The translations under genes and the position numbers were made by a program. 64,000 nt of DNA, taken from positions 17,682,464-17,746,463 of the forward strand of contig NC_043011.1 in assembly GCF_006345805.1 (NCBI RefSeq). The letters are read 5' to 3'. The stretch's first letter is position 1, and the number at the start of each line of letters is the position of its first letter. Shown piece after piece: positions 10,554-22,422 of the stretch. This stretch comes from Octopus sinensis (lineage: Eukaryota). The notes below the pieces were generated by a model. The model was not told where the DNA came from. It saw nothing but the letters and a program-made list of their open reading frames with translations, and searched no databases.

Positions 10554-11485
10554 ATATAATATATATATATATATATAATTGTTCTTACATGTCTACATGT
10601 CTACAATGTAGAATTACAGCTATCTTACCTCGATTTTGTGCGGATTAGATTCCTCATTGATGTGAATAATTTAAAATGAAAGACTCGGGAAACTTTAGTA
10701 TGAAATATATTGTTAAACGATTTTGGTATGGAAATTAGTCGTGCTAGTTAACTGGAGCTACTACAATTGATATGTATAAAGCTGATTGGCTAATTGTTAA
10801 TCTGGGATTAGTCAAGTGATGTAGACAGCTATGCAGAGATCCCGTCAAGGATCATAAATCGACTAACGCTGTTGATCATGTTTTAAAAATCTATTACTCA
10901 ATATTTAAATTCGAAATGTTTGTATGTTTACTACGTGTGTATATTCCTAACATACAACTTTGATACTATACGACAACTTTAACCGTTGACAGACCTCTTT
11001 TATTAAATAAAGGGTTACGCTTCTATAGAGCGCAAATTAGTCAGTTAAGTTCCCTGGAACTACTAAACTTGGGCTTGTAAACAAATGGACTCCTTGTTTC
11101 TCAATGATTGTTTAAGAGATGTAAACACGCTTGATGAAAGCGTAATAAAGGTAAAAAAAAAATTGAATGAGGATTTTCATCGTTGTTTTCAATCTACGGT
11201 AAAATAGGTAAATGTGATATGTTGTATGTCTGCTTCATAGGTGTGTTTGTGTATATAATGCGTGTACATATATATATATATTAGGGTTACCCTGGGTTTT
11301 CCGTCCATAAAAGTTTTATATTTATGGCTTATCGTCAGACCACAAGACATGTTGGCCTATAACCTCTGTAAAATATGGAGGCGAAAAGCCTGGATTATCT
11401 CCCATTACCAATAGCTATCGATTTACGGCCATACTACCATCGTTCAGCTGTTAGGTAAACAATGAGGGATTATCTTCCTCTACCG

Positions 11486-12230
11486 TTAGCTATCAATTTC
11501 TGGCGGTTCCCAAAAGGCTAGCAGAAATCTTCTAAAATGCAAACATGGCCCGAAGATCTCCGTCCTGGAGTTAAGTACAGCCCCTGTCTCGAGTGAGTCC
11601 CTTAGGATTTTCGTGTGTTCCACTATGCATAGCTTGCAGCGTTTCGTCCCTCTCGTGTAGGGGACGGGTTTACGTGGATTTTCCATGAGATCGAATAAGG
11701 AAATCCGTCGTGTTTTAGTTGCCAAATGTGGGTGGCCAGTGATGTTACATATCTCCTTTCCGGGACTCTGAAGGAGGATAGATGTTTGAAAGAACGTTAC
11801 TTGAATGGATTTCCGGTCCAGCCAATATATTTTAGTGGACGTGCGATGTCGTTGCTGTACTTATTATTGTTGTGGTTGCTACTGTTGCTGCTGTTGTTGC
11901 TGCTACAGCTGTTGATGTAGTTGTAGCTGCCCATGTCTTTGCTGCCGATGTTGTTGCTGCTGCTGTTGATGTTGTTGGCGTCGTTGGTGTCATCGATGAT
12001 GTTGCCTCCGCTCTTGATGCTGTTGATGTTGATGATGCTGATGATGCTACTGATAATCCTGTTGTTGCCGGAATTGCTGGTGTTGGTGATGGTGCCGCTG
12101 GAGGGGTTGGCTGCCTCAGTAATGTTACCACCCCTACGTGTGTTTCCGGTAAAGTACCTTTTCATGTTGTTACAATTGCTGTCGATGTTATCACTGATGT
12201 TGTTGTTGCTGGTATTGTTGCAACAACATA
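11486..12230 (-). pseudogene. Penelope-like GIY-YIG endonuclease 3' fragment, preceded by a CAA/CAG-rich low-complexity tract
   Basis: The minus strand reads PLKYIGWTGNPFK*RSFKHLSSFR...TSLATHIWQLK..FPYSISWKI. After a frameshift it reads PYTRGTKRCKLCIVEHTKIL...LNSRTEIFGPCLH, which is the PLE endonuclease C-terminal pattern. Confidence 0.85.
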
Positions 12231-12646
12231 AGGCGGCGAGCTGACAGAAACGTCAGTACGCCGGGCGAAATGCTTAGCGGTTTTTCGTCTGCCGTTACGT
12301 TCTGAGATCAAATTCGGCCGAGGTCGACTTTGCATTTCATCCTTTCGGGGTCGATAAATTAAGTATCAGTTACGCATCGGGGCCGATATAATCGACTTAA
12401 TCCCTTTATCTGTCCTTGTTTGTCCCCTCTGTGTTTAACACCTTGTGGGTAATAAAGAAATAGATATTTCGTCTGCCGCTACGTTCTGAGTACAAATTCC
12501 GCCGAGGTCGACTTTGCCTTTCATCCTTTCGGGGTCGATTAAATAAGTACCACTTACGTACTGGGGTCGATATAATCGACTTACTCCGTTTGTCTGTCCT
12601 TGTTTGTCCTCTCTGTGTTTAGCTCCTTGTGGGTAGTAAAGAAATA
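12231..12646 (+). mobile_element. SINE family A head-to-tail dimer (full monomer plus headless monomer)
   Basis: Monomer 1 spans about 12231-12462. Monomer 2 restarts at internal TATTTCGTCTGCCG. Flanking direct repeat GGTATTGTTGCAACAACA at 12211-12228 and 12647-12664. Confidence 0.9.
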
Positions 12647-12654
12647 GGTATTGT

Positions 12655-12990
12655 TGCAACAACAGCAGAAACGACCCAGCAGAAGCAGAAGCTCGACCAA
12701 TGACACTTCTGGCAGCAGTAACAGCACTTTCTTAACCGGTAACGGTGATAGTATTACCAATACCAACCCCACCCCCACATTTGCCAGCACCAACGCCAAC
12801 AGCCCCGCTTTCAGCAACAGCACCGTCGACGACGTCGACAGCAGCAGCATCAATGGCGCTCGATATCATGGAATATCCTCGTAAACCCAGGCCCCTACAT
12901 CAAAGGGATGAAACGCTGCAAGCTATGAATAGACGAACGCAAGAGAATCCTAAGGAACTCACTCGAGCCGGGAGCTATACTTAACTCCAG
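12655..12990 (+). pseudogene. Second, inverted Penelope-like arm (low-complexity tract plus endonuclease C-terminal piece)
   Basis: 12858-12990 (TCGATATCATGGAATATCCTCGTAAACCC...GAAACGCTGCAAGCTATG...CTCACTCGAG...TACTTAACTCCAG) aligns with the reverse complement of about 11565-11700. Confidence 0.8.
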
Positions 12991-13019
12991 AAGTTTTCCA
13001 GCCTAACGTGTTGCATATA

Positions 13020-13950
13020 CAACAACCATTGACCAAGTGAGGCATAAGAAAGGACGGTTATATTTTGTAGTCGCACCAGGAGAAACTGCAAAAAATTTGG
13101 TTACAGATTTAGTGTCGGGCAGACAAAGGAAATAGCCTTAGCTGTAGCGAGCTCTAGAATTGCTGTGATTTTACTGCTAGGTGGTAGAACAATTCACGCA
13201 GCATTCAAGTTGCTGCCATTCAATCTAACTTCAAATCCTGTCTGCAAAGGTTCTTATGTAGCTCAATTTCTCATGCACGAAGCTATAATGTCCCACAAAA
13301 AATCAGTAGAAACACTTAACAGAATGCTGCCGGATTTATGCAATTCCAATTGTGTAATGCGAGGTGTGACAGTAGTATTTTCAAGTAATTTCAGACGAGC
13401 TTCGCCCGTGATTCTCAGAACAAAGCGGATAAATTGAAAGCATGCTTGTAATCTCCTATTTTACAGAAACATATGAAAGTGTCAAAGATTTCTACAATTA
13501 TGAGGTCACATTACATGGGAATCATCTGCCGGAACAATTTGCCTATGCTATTTTGCAACATGGAGATGGAAGGCTACATATAAATCCTGAGGGGGACTTA
13601 AAACCATCAAAAATCTGCACCTTAGTTAGAACATATTGAAAAAGCTTTTCCAGGTATAATTTTAAATTACACAAATTCTGCTTGGTTGTGTGAATGAGCA
13701 ATAATGGAACCAAAGAACGTTACTGTGAATAATTTAAAATGAAGCCTCTGGAATCGTTTAACAAGAAACGAACATACAAATCTATAGACTGTTGTGGATG
13801 AATCAAAATTGTCAATTACACGGTTGAGTTCTTAAACTCACTGCAGCCACTGGGAGCTCCTTCTCATTGCCTTCCATTGAAAACAGGCCGATACTGCAAA
13901 AATGGGATAGAAACAGTGCACTACCTAATCTCTTGGTGTAAGGTTTTAGC
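13020..13950 (+). pseudogene. Helitron PIF1-family helicase fragment, heavily decayed
   Basis: Frame pieces read YFVVAPGETAK (degenerate Walker A), IALAVASSRIAVILLLGGRTIHAAFK, MSHKKSVETLNRMLPDL...MRGVTVVFSSNFRRASPVI, VTLHG..FA..L..GDG, AWLCE.AIMEPKN and EFLNSLQP. These appear in the order seen in Helitron RepHel helicases. Confidence 0.85.
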
Positions 13951-14054
13951 ATCTGTAGTGTACAAATCAAGAGATGACAATATCTATATTAGATAATTTA
14001 TATTGGCCAATATCTATATTGGATAAGGTTTTGGCTTTATATAATCAATTCTGC

Positions 14055-14640
14055 TGAGAAATATTACAAAAATCACCCTGAGGCTGTAACTGAGGGAGAA
14101 CGTATAACTACTCTTTGGGATTTCCCGGCCCATCAAGGTATACAAACCAGATATTGTTGTGAAAGACGAAAGCAATAAAGTCTGTTTTTTTGATTGACAT
14201 GAGCATACCCTGTGACCATAATATCTCGGCAAGATAATTCGATAAGCCCAGAAACTATAAAGATATGCTCATCTAAATTGAAAAAATGTGGCATCTCAAG
14301 ACGGTTAAAAGACCAGTGATTGTAGGAGCACTTGGAATGATAAAAAAATGAACTTTAAATTCTTTTAAAGTATGATCCCTGGCTTACCTTCCATGCAGGA
14401 AGTACTAAAGAGTGCCTTAACTGGTACTTCACTCGTATTGAGAAGAGCACTGTCGCTGTAAATTTTCTCTCCCTTAACGCCCTTTATTTTATTGGTTTAC
14501 TTTCCTATTTTTTCTCTTTTCTTTTTTTCTTTCTGTTTTCTCCTTATACTCTATCACATGACTCTGTATATGAACAATCTGGTGCGTTTGTTTTAATGAC
14601 ATTCCATGTATACCGTACGTTTCTCTGCCCTAGGTTCCAG
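14055..14640 (+). mobile_element. Degenerate RLE-type (R4/Dong-like) retrotransposon 3' fragment
   Basis: Reads HPEAVTEGE..TTLWDF, KPDIVVKDE..VCFLIDMSIPCD.N, NYKDMLI*IEKMW.LKTV..PVIVGALG and VLRRALSL*, with stops. A putative UTR and (AAT)n from about 14695 follow. Confidence 0.82.
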
Positions 14641-14694
14641 GATGACACTCGGCAAGAAATGGAAACGTAATTGAAAAAAGTTGCTAATGAAAAG

Positions 14695-14713
14695 GATAAT
14701 AATAATAATAATA

Positions 14714-14806
<93 letters not shown>

Positions 14807-15185
14807 TAATAATAACGACAACAATAATATTAATAATAATAAGAACAATAATATCAATAAATGATGAGGATTATGAAGACGATGACGACAACGACGACGA
14901 TGACAGTGTAGACTACAATAATGATGATGATGACGATGATGATGATGGTGGTGGTGGTGGTGATAATGATGATGATGATGATGATGATAATAGCTACAAC
15001 AAAACCACGAACATCTATTATGTCAAAGTTGATCGCGATCTGTACGAAGATAAAGACGTAGATGAAAGAATTCAACGCGGGTGAAAACCGGTTTAACGCT
15101 ATTTTGATCATAGTGATGACGATTATTACGCTGTTGATGATGGTGAGGAGGATGATGGTATCCATGATGATGATGATGATGATGC
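14695..15185. repeat. Compound trinucleotide tract (AAT)n, (GAT/GAC)n, (GGT)n, (GAT)n
   Basis: Read directly from the sequence. Confidence 0.9.
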
Positions 15186-15920
15186 AGACTTCTCGCTAAA
15201 ATTCCTCTACTACTAAACTTATTGGTCATCCGAATCAGTATAAAGATGAATCTTTTGTAGTGTCAGATAAGGTGATGTTTGTTACTGGAGGAGAAGTATG
15301 AGGTAAAGATAAAAGCGGTAAGGAAAAGATGCGAAAGGAAATTAATTATTTTCAAACAGTGAGATGTTAGAGTGTAGGATATGGAAGAATCCTGTAGTAA
15401 ATGCCGTAGGATATTTTAATTTCGATTCACTAGCTTATGAGTTCAAACCTTCCCTGTAGGCTTGTCTTTTCCCTTCATTCCACCTGGAAAGAAAACGCAG
15501 TGCTAGCATGTCGTGAAATCGATTAAATTTTTCTTTATCTATTCACTGTACATAGGTAGTTTACACTTAAGAAGTTATTGAAAATATTCCGAAATTATTT
15601 CTCCCACAGTGTTTCATGTTGAGTAATAATAATCAAAGCAAAATGATGAAACCGCATTTTAATATATCTGTTCGTGCATATCAATAGTTACAAGATGGAG
15701 GAAAGACTTGATATCTAACGCCGTCGAAATATATTTGTATCCGTTAATACTCAATACGTTAATATGTATTTCTTATCTTTCTTTAAAGCAAATATCACAG
15801 TTTAAAATTTGTAGTATTTGAGAAGTATTGCAGTCAGAGTAATACACCACCATCTTACCTTAAATTTGAGGGCTTTGTGCTAAAATTTGAAAGAAATATT
15901 ATTATTATTGTTACTATTAA

Positions 15921-15960
<40 letters not shown>

Positions 15961-16011
15961 TTATTATTATTATTATATTATTATTATATTATTATTATTA
16001 TTATTATTATT

Positions 16012-16543
16012 GCGTGAGAGAGCAGTGCATGGCACCAAAGTGACACTGGGGTAAAAATATACAAAGCCCAGTATACCCATCATGACTACCCGTCTGATAA
16101 GGGTACACTAGGCACATGCATCACAACCATGTGTGCGCGACATGGTGATCTCATATCAAGATAAACAGCACATGACCTTGCTAGAGGGGCCCACTTAGAA
16201 TTTTCTTCTGGTCGAGTAACCCATCCCGCTCAAAAGGTCCTTGAATAAGGGTTATTTAAGGATGTTGAATGAAACGCCCAAAGAATCCCTCTCAACACAT
16301 GGCTATGATGCTCCCCCACTACTTCTGCTCGTGATCAGAGATGCACATATCGTCAGCCACTAAGGGACATGCTCAACTGGTTAAAGTCAAACAACTCACA
16401 AGCAAATCTGTGGTATTGAGCGGAATATTTGCTGTAGCCCATCTTTTATACCAAGACAAAACAATGTACATGATAACACTTCCAATCAGTTAGGATCAGA
16501 AGCCATGAGAGCGACTATGGAAGGCTCTCATGGCCAGTGGCTC
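16012..16543 (-). mobile_element. Family E element, second copy, in (ATT)n
   Basis: Colinear with 2030-2547, with reciprocal small deletions. (ATT)n lies on both sides. Confidence 0.8.
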
Positions 16544-16610
<67 letters not shown>

Positions 16611-16612
<2 letters not shown>

Positions 16613-17841
16613 TATGTTTGACTTTTGCTTTATGTCTGTACAAGTTGGCTCCAAGTCTCACCCAGAGTCCTCAAGAGACAACAGGTTGGAAGTTCTGTGA
16701 CATATATTTGGGTTTTTTTTTTGGTGTTGTACTAATGAATGTCTAATACATAAAAATAAAAATTTTAAAAAAATAAATAAAAAAATAAAAAATAAAAAAA
16801 AGTTTGTTTTAAACCTTGGGATTACATAGAGAGTATTTTGCGTAGGATATGAGCAGTTCCCATGAGCACTATCTTTTGAATTTCTGCCATTTTGGGGTTT
16901 CCTGGTATCTGAGTTAGGTAACAATCAGTCCCTTTCGCTATCATTCCCAGGGCACCTATGGCAACAGGTATTGTTTTAGTTTTCAGCTTCCACATTTTGC
17001 TGATTTCTATTTCAAGATCTTTATATTTGCTCAGTTTTTGGTAGGTCTTGACAGATACGTTTATATCGATTGGGACAGTCATATCAATGAGGAGGCATGT
17101 TCTTTGTCTGAAGTCTTTCAATATGATGTCTGGCCTCTTTGCATCTATCTTCCTGTCAGTTTGAATGGTGAAGTTCCAGAGGAGTGAGATGTGGTCATTT
17201 TCAAGCACTGGAGGTGGATTGTGTTCCCACCAGTTTTTTTCATGGGGCAAATCCAGGTTTTTGCAAATTACCCAGTGAATATATTGTGCAGCTCTATCAT
17301 GCCTTTTGAGGTACTCTGTAGGCGCTAGAAGACTGCATTTGGAGACAACATGATCAATGGTTTCATTTTGTTGTCGGCATACACATGTTGGGCTACTGCC
17401 GTTCTTTAATATGTTGGCCTGGTAGTTTTTTGTTGGTAGGCATTGATCTTGAGCTGCTATGATAAACCCCTCTGTTTCAGATTTTAAGCCAGAGGCCATT
17501 AGCCATTGATGGGTCAGGGCTTTGTCAATATCTGCATTATTCGCTCTCTTTGGGTATTTGCCATAGAGAGGTTTTTCTTGCCATTTATTATTCAGAATAT
17601 CTAAGGCCGCAGTTTTGGCACGGGTTTTCATGCGCCTAGCTTTTTCTGTGCTTGTTTCTTGTATGTCTATCTCTAATTCCGAAATTGGTTGTATTCGGAA
17701 TTCACTTAGATATTCCTTTGCCTGTTTTGTGACTGAGTATGATGCTTTCTTGTTTTCATGTTTTGAGACAAGTTTTAACATCCAGTCCTCAGAGTTTTTC
17801 AGGTAGGTGACTAGGCCAATTGTAGCAATCTTCATTGTTCA

Positions 17842-17845
<4 letters not shown>
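16611..17845 (-). mobile_element. Second RLE-type (R4/Dong-like) retrotransposon, 5'-truncated, ORF 16822-17835 (CCHC and RLE)
   Basis: The 337-aa frame has GLKSETEGFIIAAQDQ, C..RQQNETIDHVVSKC..RHD, KRPDII....CLLIDMTVP and KLSKYKDLEIEI..MW..IGALG. It is clearly diverged from the 3715-6490 element, has a different 3' UTR, and has (AAT)n at both ends. Confidence 0.92.
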
Positions 17846-17884
<39 letters not shown>

Positions 17885-17920
17885 TATTATTATCATTATT
17901 ATTATTATTATTATTATTAT

Positions 17921-18085
17921 TCAGTGGTCTTATTTATATCACATGTTTTCACTGCGCTATCAGCCGCAGCTCTGTGTAATTTATGTGTAGTGGTTTGTTT
18001 TGTTGCTATTATTTTTACTGGATTGTAAGTACTTTGAGTAGGATATGAATGGTTCCTAGTAGCACTATGTTCGTAATTGCCGGTG
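17921..18085 (-). mobile_element. Short 3' end of a third RLE-type element related to the 3715-6490 family
   Basis: The minus strand reads LGTIHILLKVLTIQ*. The UTR CAGTGGTCTTATTTATA...GCAGCTCTGTGT resembles CAGTAGTTTTATTTTTATAG...GCAGCTCTGTGT at 2711, 3213 and 3715. Confidence 0.75.
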
Positions 18086-18677
18086 TTTTCGTTATTACTA
18101 TTATCATTATCATCATTATTATTGTTGTTTTTGTTTGTATTGTCAATTTTGGTTTAACCCATGTTCGGTCTTATTCCTGGTACGATTTATGTAAGTAACG
18201 GGTTACCGCCTTTAAACTTAGGTATCCATGTGTTTCAAGTGAGGGTGGATGAGTATATACTTATAGGCGCATGTACGTATGTGCCCGGGTGCGTATGTGT
18301 AGGTATGGGCATGCGCCTTTACGTGAATACTATGATCATTTTCACTCCCTTACCTTTACTCCCTCCCCTCACTTAGCTGTCAGTCTCATAGCTCTTTTGT
18401 CTTAATAACGGTCAATCACACTGTAATTCCCCATTGTTTAACGGTCATTTTCATAGCATTTTTCCGATGGCCGGATAACTGAAGAGATGGCGACATGCGT
18501 TTCCGCCCCGATATCCGAAACTCGGAATTTTATCATGGCTACCGAATAATTGTCACATATTATATTTACATATAAATTCCTCTATTTATATAATATCGAG
18601 GTCTCTTTCATTCTTTTGTTGTCTTACCATTTCTATCAATATATATATATATATATATTATATAATATATATATATA

Positions 18678-18773
<96 letters not shown>

Positions 18774-18927
18774 GTTGTTGGACAGAAATCATCTTATAAA
18801 TTCAAAGTTAAACTTTTAGTCGTAAAGAGAAGTATTGAATAAGAACGTCATTAATAACTGAAGGACGATTGTGGATAACATGGTTACCTATCATATATGT
18901 TAGAAAGGAAGAGTGAGGTAGAATGAG

Positions 18928-18976
<49 letters not shown>

Positions 18977-20521
18977 TAAGGTGAGAGATAAGAGCAATGA
19001 GGAATTATCAACATTTAGTTTAATATTTCAACACATCTGCAACCCATGAATTTTTATTTTAAATGAAGTTCAATCCAGTGTCAAACCCGAAGGAGCAGTT
19101 GTGGCCGTCCTCTTTGGTTCGTGATTCTAGGATCGCGTTATTTAATTTGTGAAATACATGTTTTGCGATTGTACGATATTAACGAAACCAAAATATACAT
19201 GGAGCTCAACAGAAAGTTTTGGGCATTTTGGTGCTTGTATTGATAGGTGATTTGATGAAGATAAATCTTCTTGGTTTGTCGTGTTTAAAGATTTTTCCTG
19301 TTTACTATGCTCTACAAGCTATAAACAAAGTTAATAATGGAGATTGTCAAAATCAGATTTGAATAATGTTTATTGCTTCGAAGGCAGAGAGAGTCTATCC
19401 TCCAGGAATTTGAAATCTACTAATTTGACGTTTCCTAAAAACTAAGTTGGTAAGTACACTTCAAAACTGTTTTAAATACAGTCATTGTTCCGTTGAAGTA
19501 AGTTTGCGCATACTTTTCAAGGCTGTCTGGATTTTATTCAACGAAATCGCTTTATTGATCTAATATATTAATTGAAGATTTCAGTTGTGAGTTTGATTCG
19601 GGGTGAAACGTGGTGTGTAAAGAAATAAGCAGGGGCAAATGACACCAGTTCTTTCAGTAGAAAGACTTATTAAATGAAGTTTATAAGTTTGCAAATGTAA
19701 ATCACCCCTGAACCTGATGGGACATGGAAATTTGGTTTCGATTTGTAATCGAAATCGGGTAGTTGCCAAACGGACAACACATTTGTGAACAATATTGTCA
19801 TAATGTCAGCATTTTGAGCCATAGAGAATGACAGTATGCATATGGGAATTATATTCAAAGATGGCTTCTAGAATTGAAGAGGATACGAAAACTTATAATG
19901 TGTAAGCAGGTGGCATATGCTGGATTTGTCTTGTACTTATATGCTTAATCTAGGCGTACCTGTTAATGAAAACTTAGGATAAGAACCCTCAAATGTTTAG
20001 CAAGCAATCCGCCTTTACTAATGGCTGAATTAAGAAAATATTCTCTATATATCTATACGTATATTTCGTTTACTTCTTATGCGAAAGCTATTTTATTAGG
20101 GAGTAGGAAAAAGCGTGAATGCAATCAGGTTACTTTATATGCTCTTAGCAATCCTAGATTAAAAAAAAATTAAAACATACACTTAAAATTCGATCAGATC
20201 TTGTAATTTTAAATTGAAATTTTATATGATATACAATGAAAACCTGAGAAGAAATGAAATTGAAGAGATCCCAGAAGTAATTAAACTGAGTTTAAGGCTT
20301 GTAATTTTAACTGTTGTTGTGTGATTAAAATTTTCTATTTACAAATAGGAAACGCTGGTTTTTAAATCAGCTCACGAATGCATGATGAAAGAAACTAAAA
20401 AAATCCCTTATGTTATCGATGCTTGCCAAAATATTGTATCACTCTAGAACTTGATGAAGAAAATGCCTTGTCGTGTCCGAAAAATATACACACACACATA
20501 TATATGTCTGTATATATATAT

Positions 20522-20602
<81 letters not shown>

Positions 20603-20639
20603 TATATACGTATATGTGTGTGTATATATACACACATAT

Positions 20640-20796
20640 ATACGACAAGCTTCTTTAAGATTCTGTCTACCAAATCGACTTACTATATCGGCCCGAAACT
20701 ATAGTAGAAGACACTTGACAAGCTTCAACGGAGAGGTACTGAACTCGCAGTCATGTAGTTAAGATGCAAGCCTCTTACTACATAGCCACGCCAGTG

Positions 20797-20800
<4 letters not shown>
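20640..20800 (-). mobile_element. SINE family B, 5' part, diverged
   Basis: Reverse-complement similarity to the head at 35968 (TAGGC.CTGGCGTGGCT...CAAGTGTCTTCTACTATAG...GGTAGAC.GAA). Confidence 0.75.
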
Positions 20801-20874
<74 letters not shown>

Positions 20875-21067
20875 TGAGAGGAATGTATGAATGTATATAT
20901 ATTCAACATGTAATATTCCATGAAGTCATGCGTAACCAATTATATGCTCCATGAAATTCGGATCTAAATTGTCTTAACAATTACTGCTACAAGAGTTGAT
21001 AACCTACTATAACACACTACATAAAATTTCATCGTTTCATTCTATGTAAAATTTTTGGGACTTATTA

Positions 21068-21127
21068 ATAATAATAATATTAATAATAATGATACTAATA
21101 ACAATAATAATAATGATAATAATAATA

Positions 21128-21158
<31 letters not shown>

Positions 21159-21256
21159 TTATTATTAATATTATTATTATTATCATCATCATCATCATCA
21201 TCATTATTATTATTATTATTATCATCATCATCATCATCATTATTATTATTATTATA

Positions 21257-21325
<69 letters not shown>
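21068..21325. repeat. Head-to-head trinucleotide tract: (AAT/GAT)n switching to (ATT/ATC)n
   Basis: The strand switch is at about 21158. Read directly from the sequence. Confidence 0.9.
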
Positions 21326-22204
21326 GTGTCACCTTTTCAATTATCCATAAAAAGCTATACGTCCAAGGTATCATTAAATTTTATTTAGTTATATGCTTGA
21401 CATCAACATGGTGACTGGTACACATATGCAACATTCTGTAGCTCGAAGCAGTAAAATGGGATGTTCAACATGGTAAAAGAGAAACTACGATATTCTTTCT
21501 TACGAATGGTTGTAACATACTATTGTGGAGGGGTGGAGCTCAAGAGAAATGGTGTTTCTGAGATGAAAACCAAATAAACGAATGAATGAATAAATAAATA
21601 AATAAATAAAGTGATGGAAAAAGAAAAGAAATCTTCCTTCTTGAAGATGACAATGTATTGAAATTTATAAACGACAGAAATATGTCCGTGATTGTCCTAT
21701 CAGCTACCAATAACCTTCCAAGCTAGTGCTGTTTATTATTTATATAAGAAGCTTCACCCAGGTGTAGCAATATTAAAGTAGTTGAAGACAACACAGAGAT
21801 GGACCCTGAAAGTAGATTCTAGCTCAACCTCTGAAAGCAAACAACGAACTTACACAAACGTCTTTAAGATTATGAAAGTTACTGCATTATTTCCAGAAAT
21901 TCATTCATCATTCGTTTACGAAAGAATGATACTTATTGACGGAATTGATCAACAAACAATTGTCAACAAACACCAAGGAAATATATTATTAGTATAATAA
22001 TACTGAAACCATTAATTCTAATACAGTTACAGCGAAAACTACTTACTTAGTCTCGACAAAATTTTATTCCCTTTTTGTTCTTGTATTTATCTTATAACAT
22101 CGAATCCGTTAGTTATATTATTTTCAAACAAAAGCGCAATTTATCTGTGCATTTCGCTGACACCTTGAAAAATGTTCTGTCGATGGGATTTTGTCACTGT
22201 ATAG

Positions 22205-22342
22205 GATCCATACATTAGACGAAGAGGGGATGCTCGGACAGAAACTATTGAATCTGGAATGTATTCCAAGACAGGATATAGAGAAAGTTGTTGGAATGCT
22301 CAATCAGAAGATGTGGTTATTGACGCTCGGCATCATATTTAA
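22205..22342 (+). CDS. Candidate terminal coding exon, unknown product
   Basis: TTTTGTCACTGTATAG|G acceptor-like site, then the open frame DPYIRRRGDARTETIESGMYSKTGYRESCWNAQSEDVVIDARHHI*. No homology recognised. Confidence 0.22.
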   Translation, partial: DPYIRRRGDARTETIESGMYSKTGYRESCWNAQSEDVVIDARHHI

Positions 22343-22376
22343 TTCGATATGTCCTGTTATGATATATTTCCTGCTA

Positions 22377-22422
<46 letters not shown>

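Noticed and set aside
18470-18545. CTGAAGA...GAAAC as a hammerhead
   Set aside because: Stem II does not close at the core, stem III and the cleavage triplet are not convincing, and there is no PLE context.
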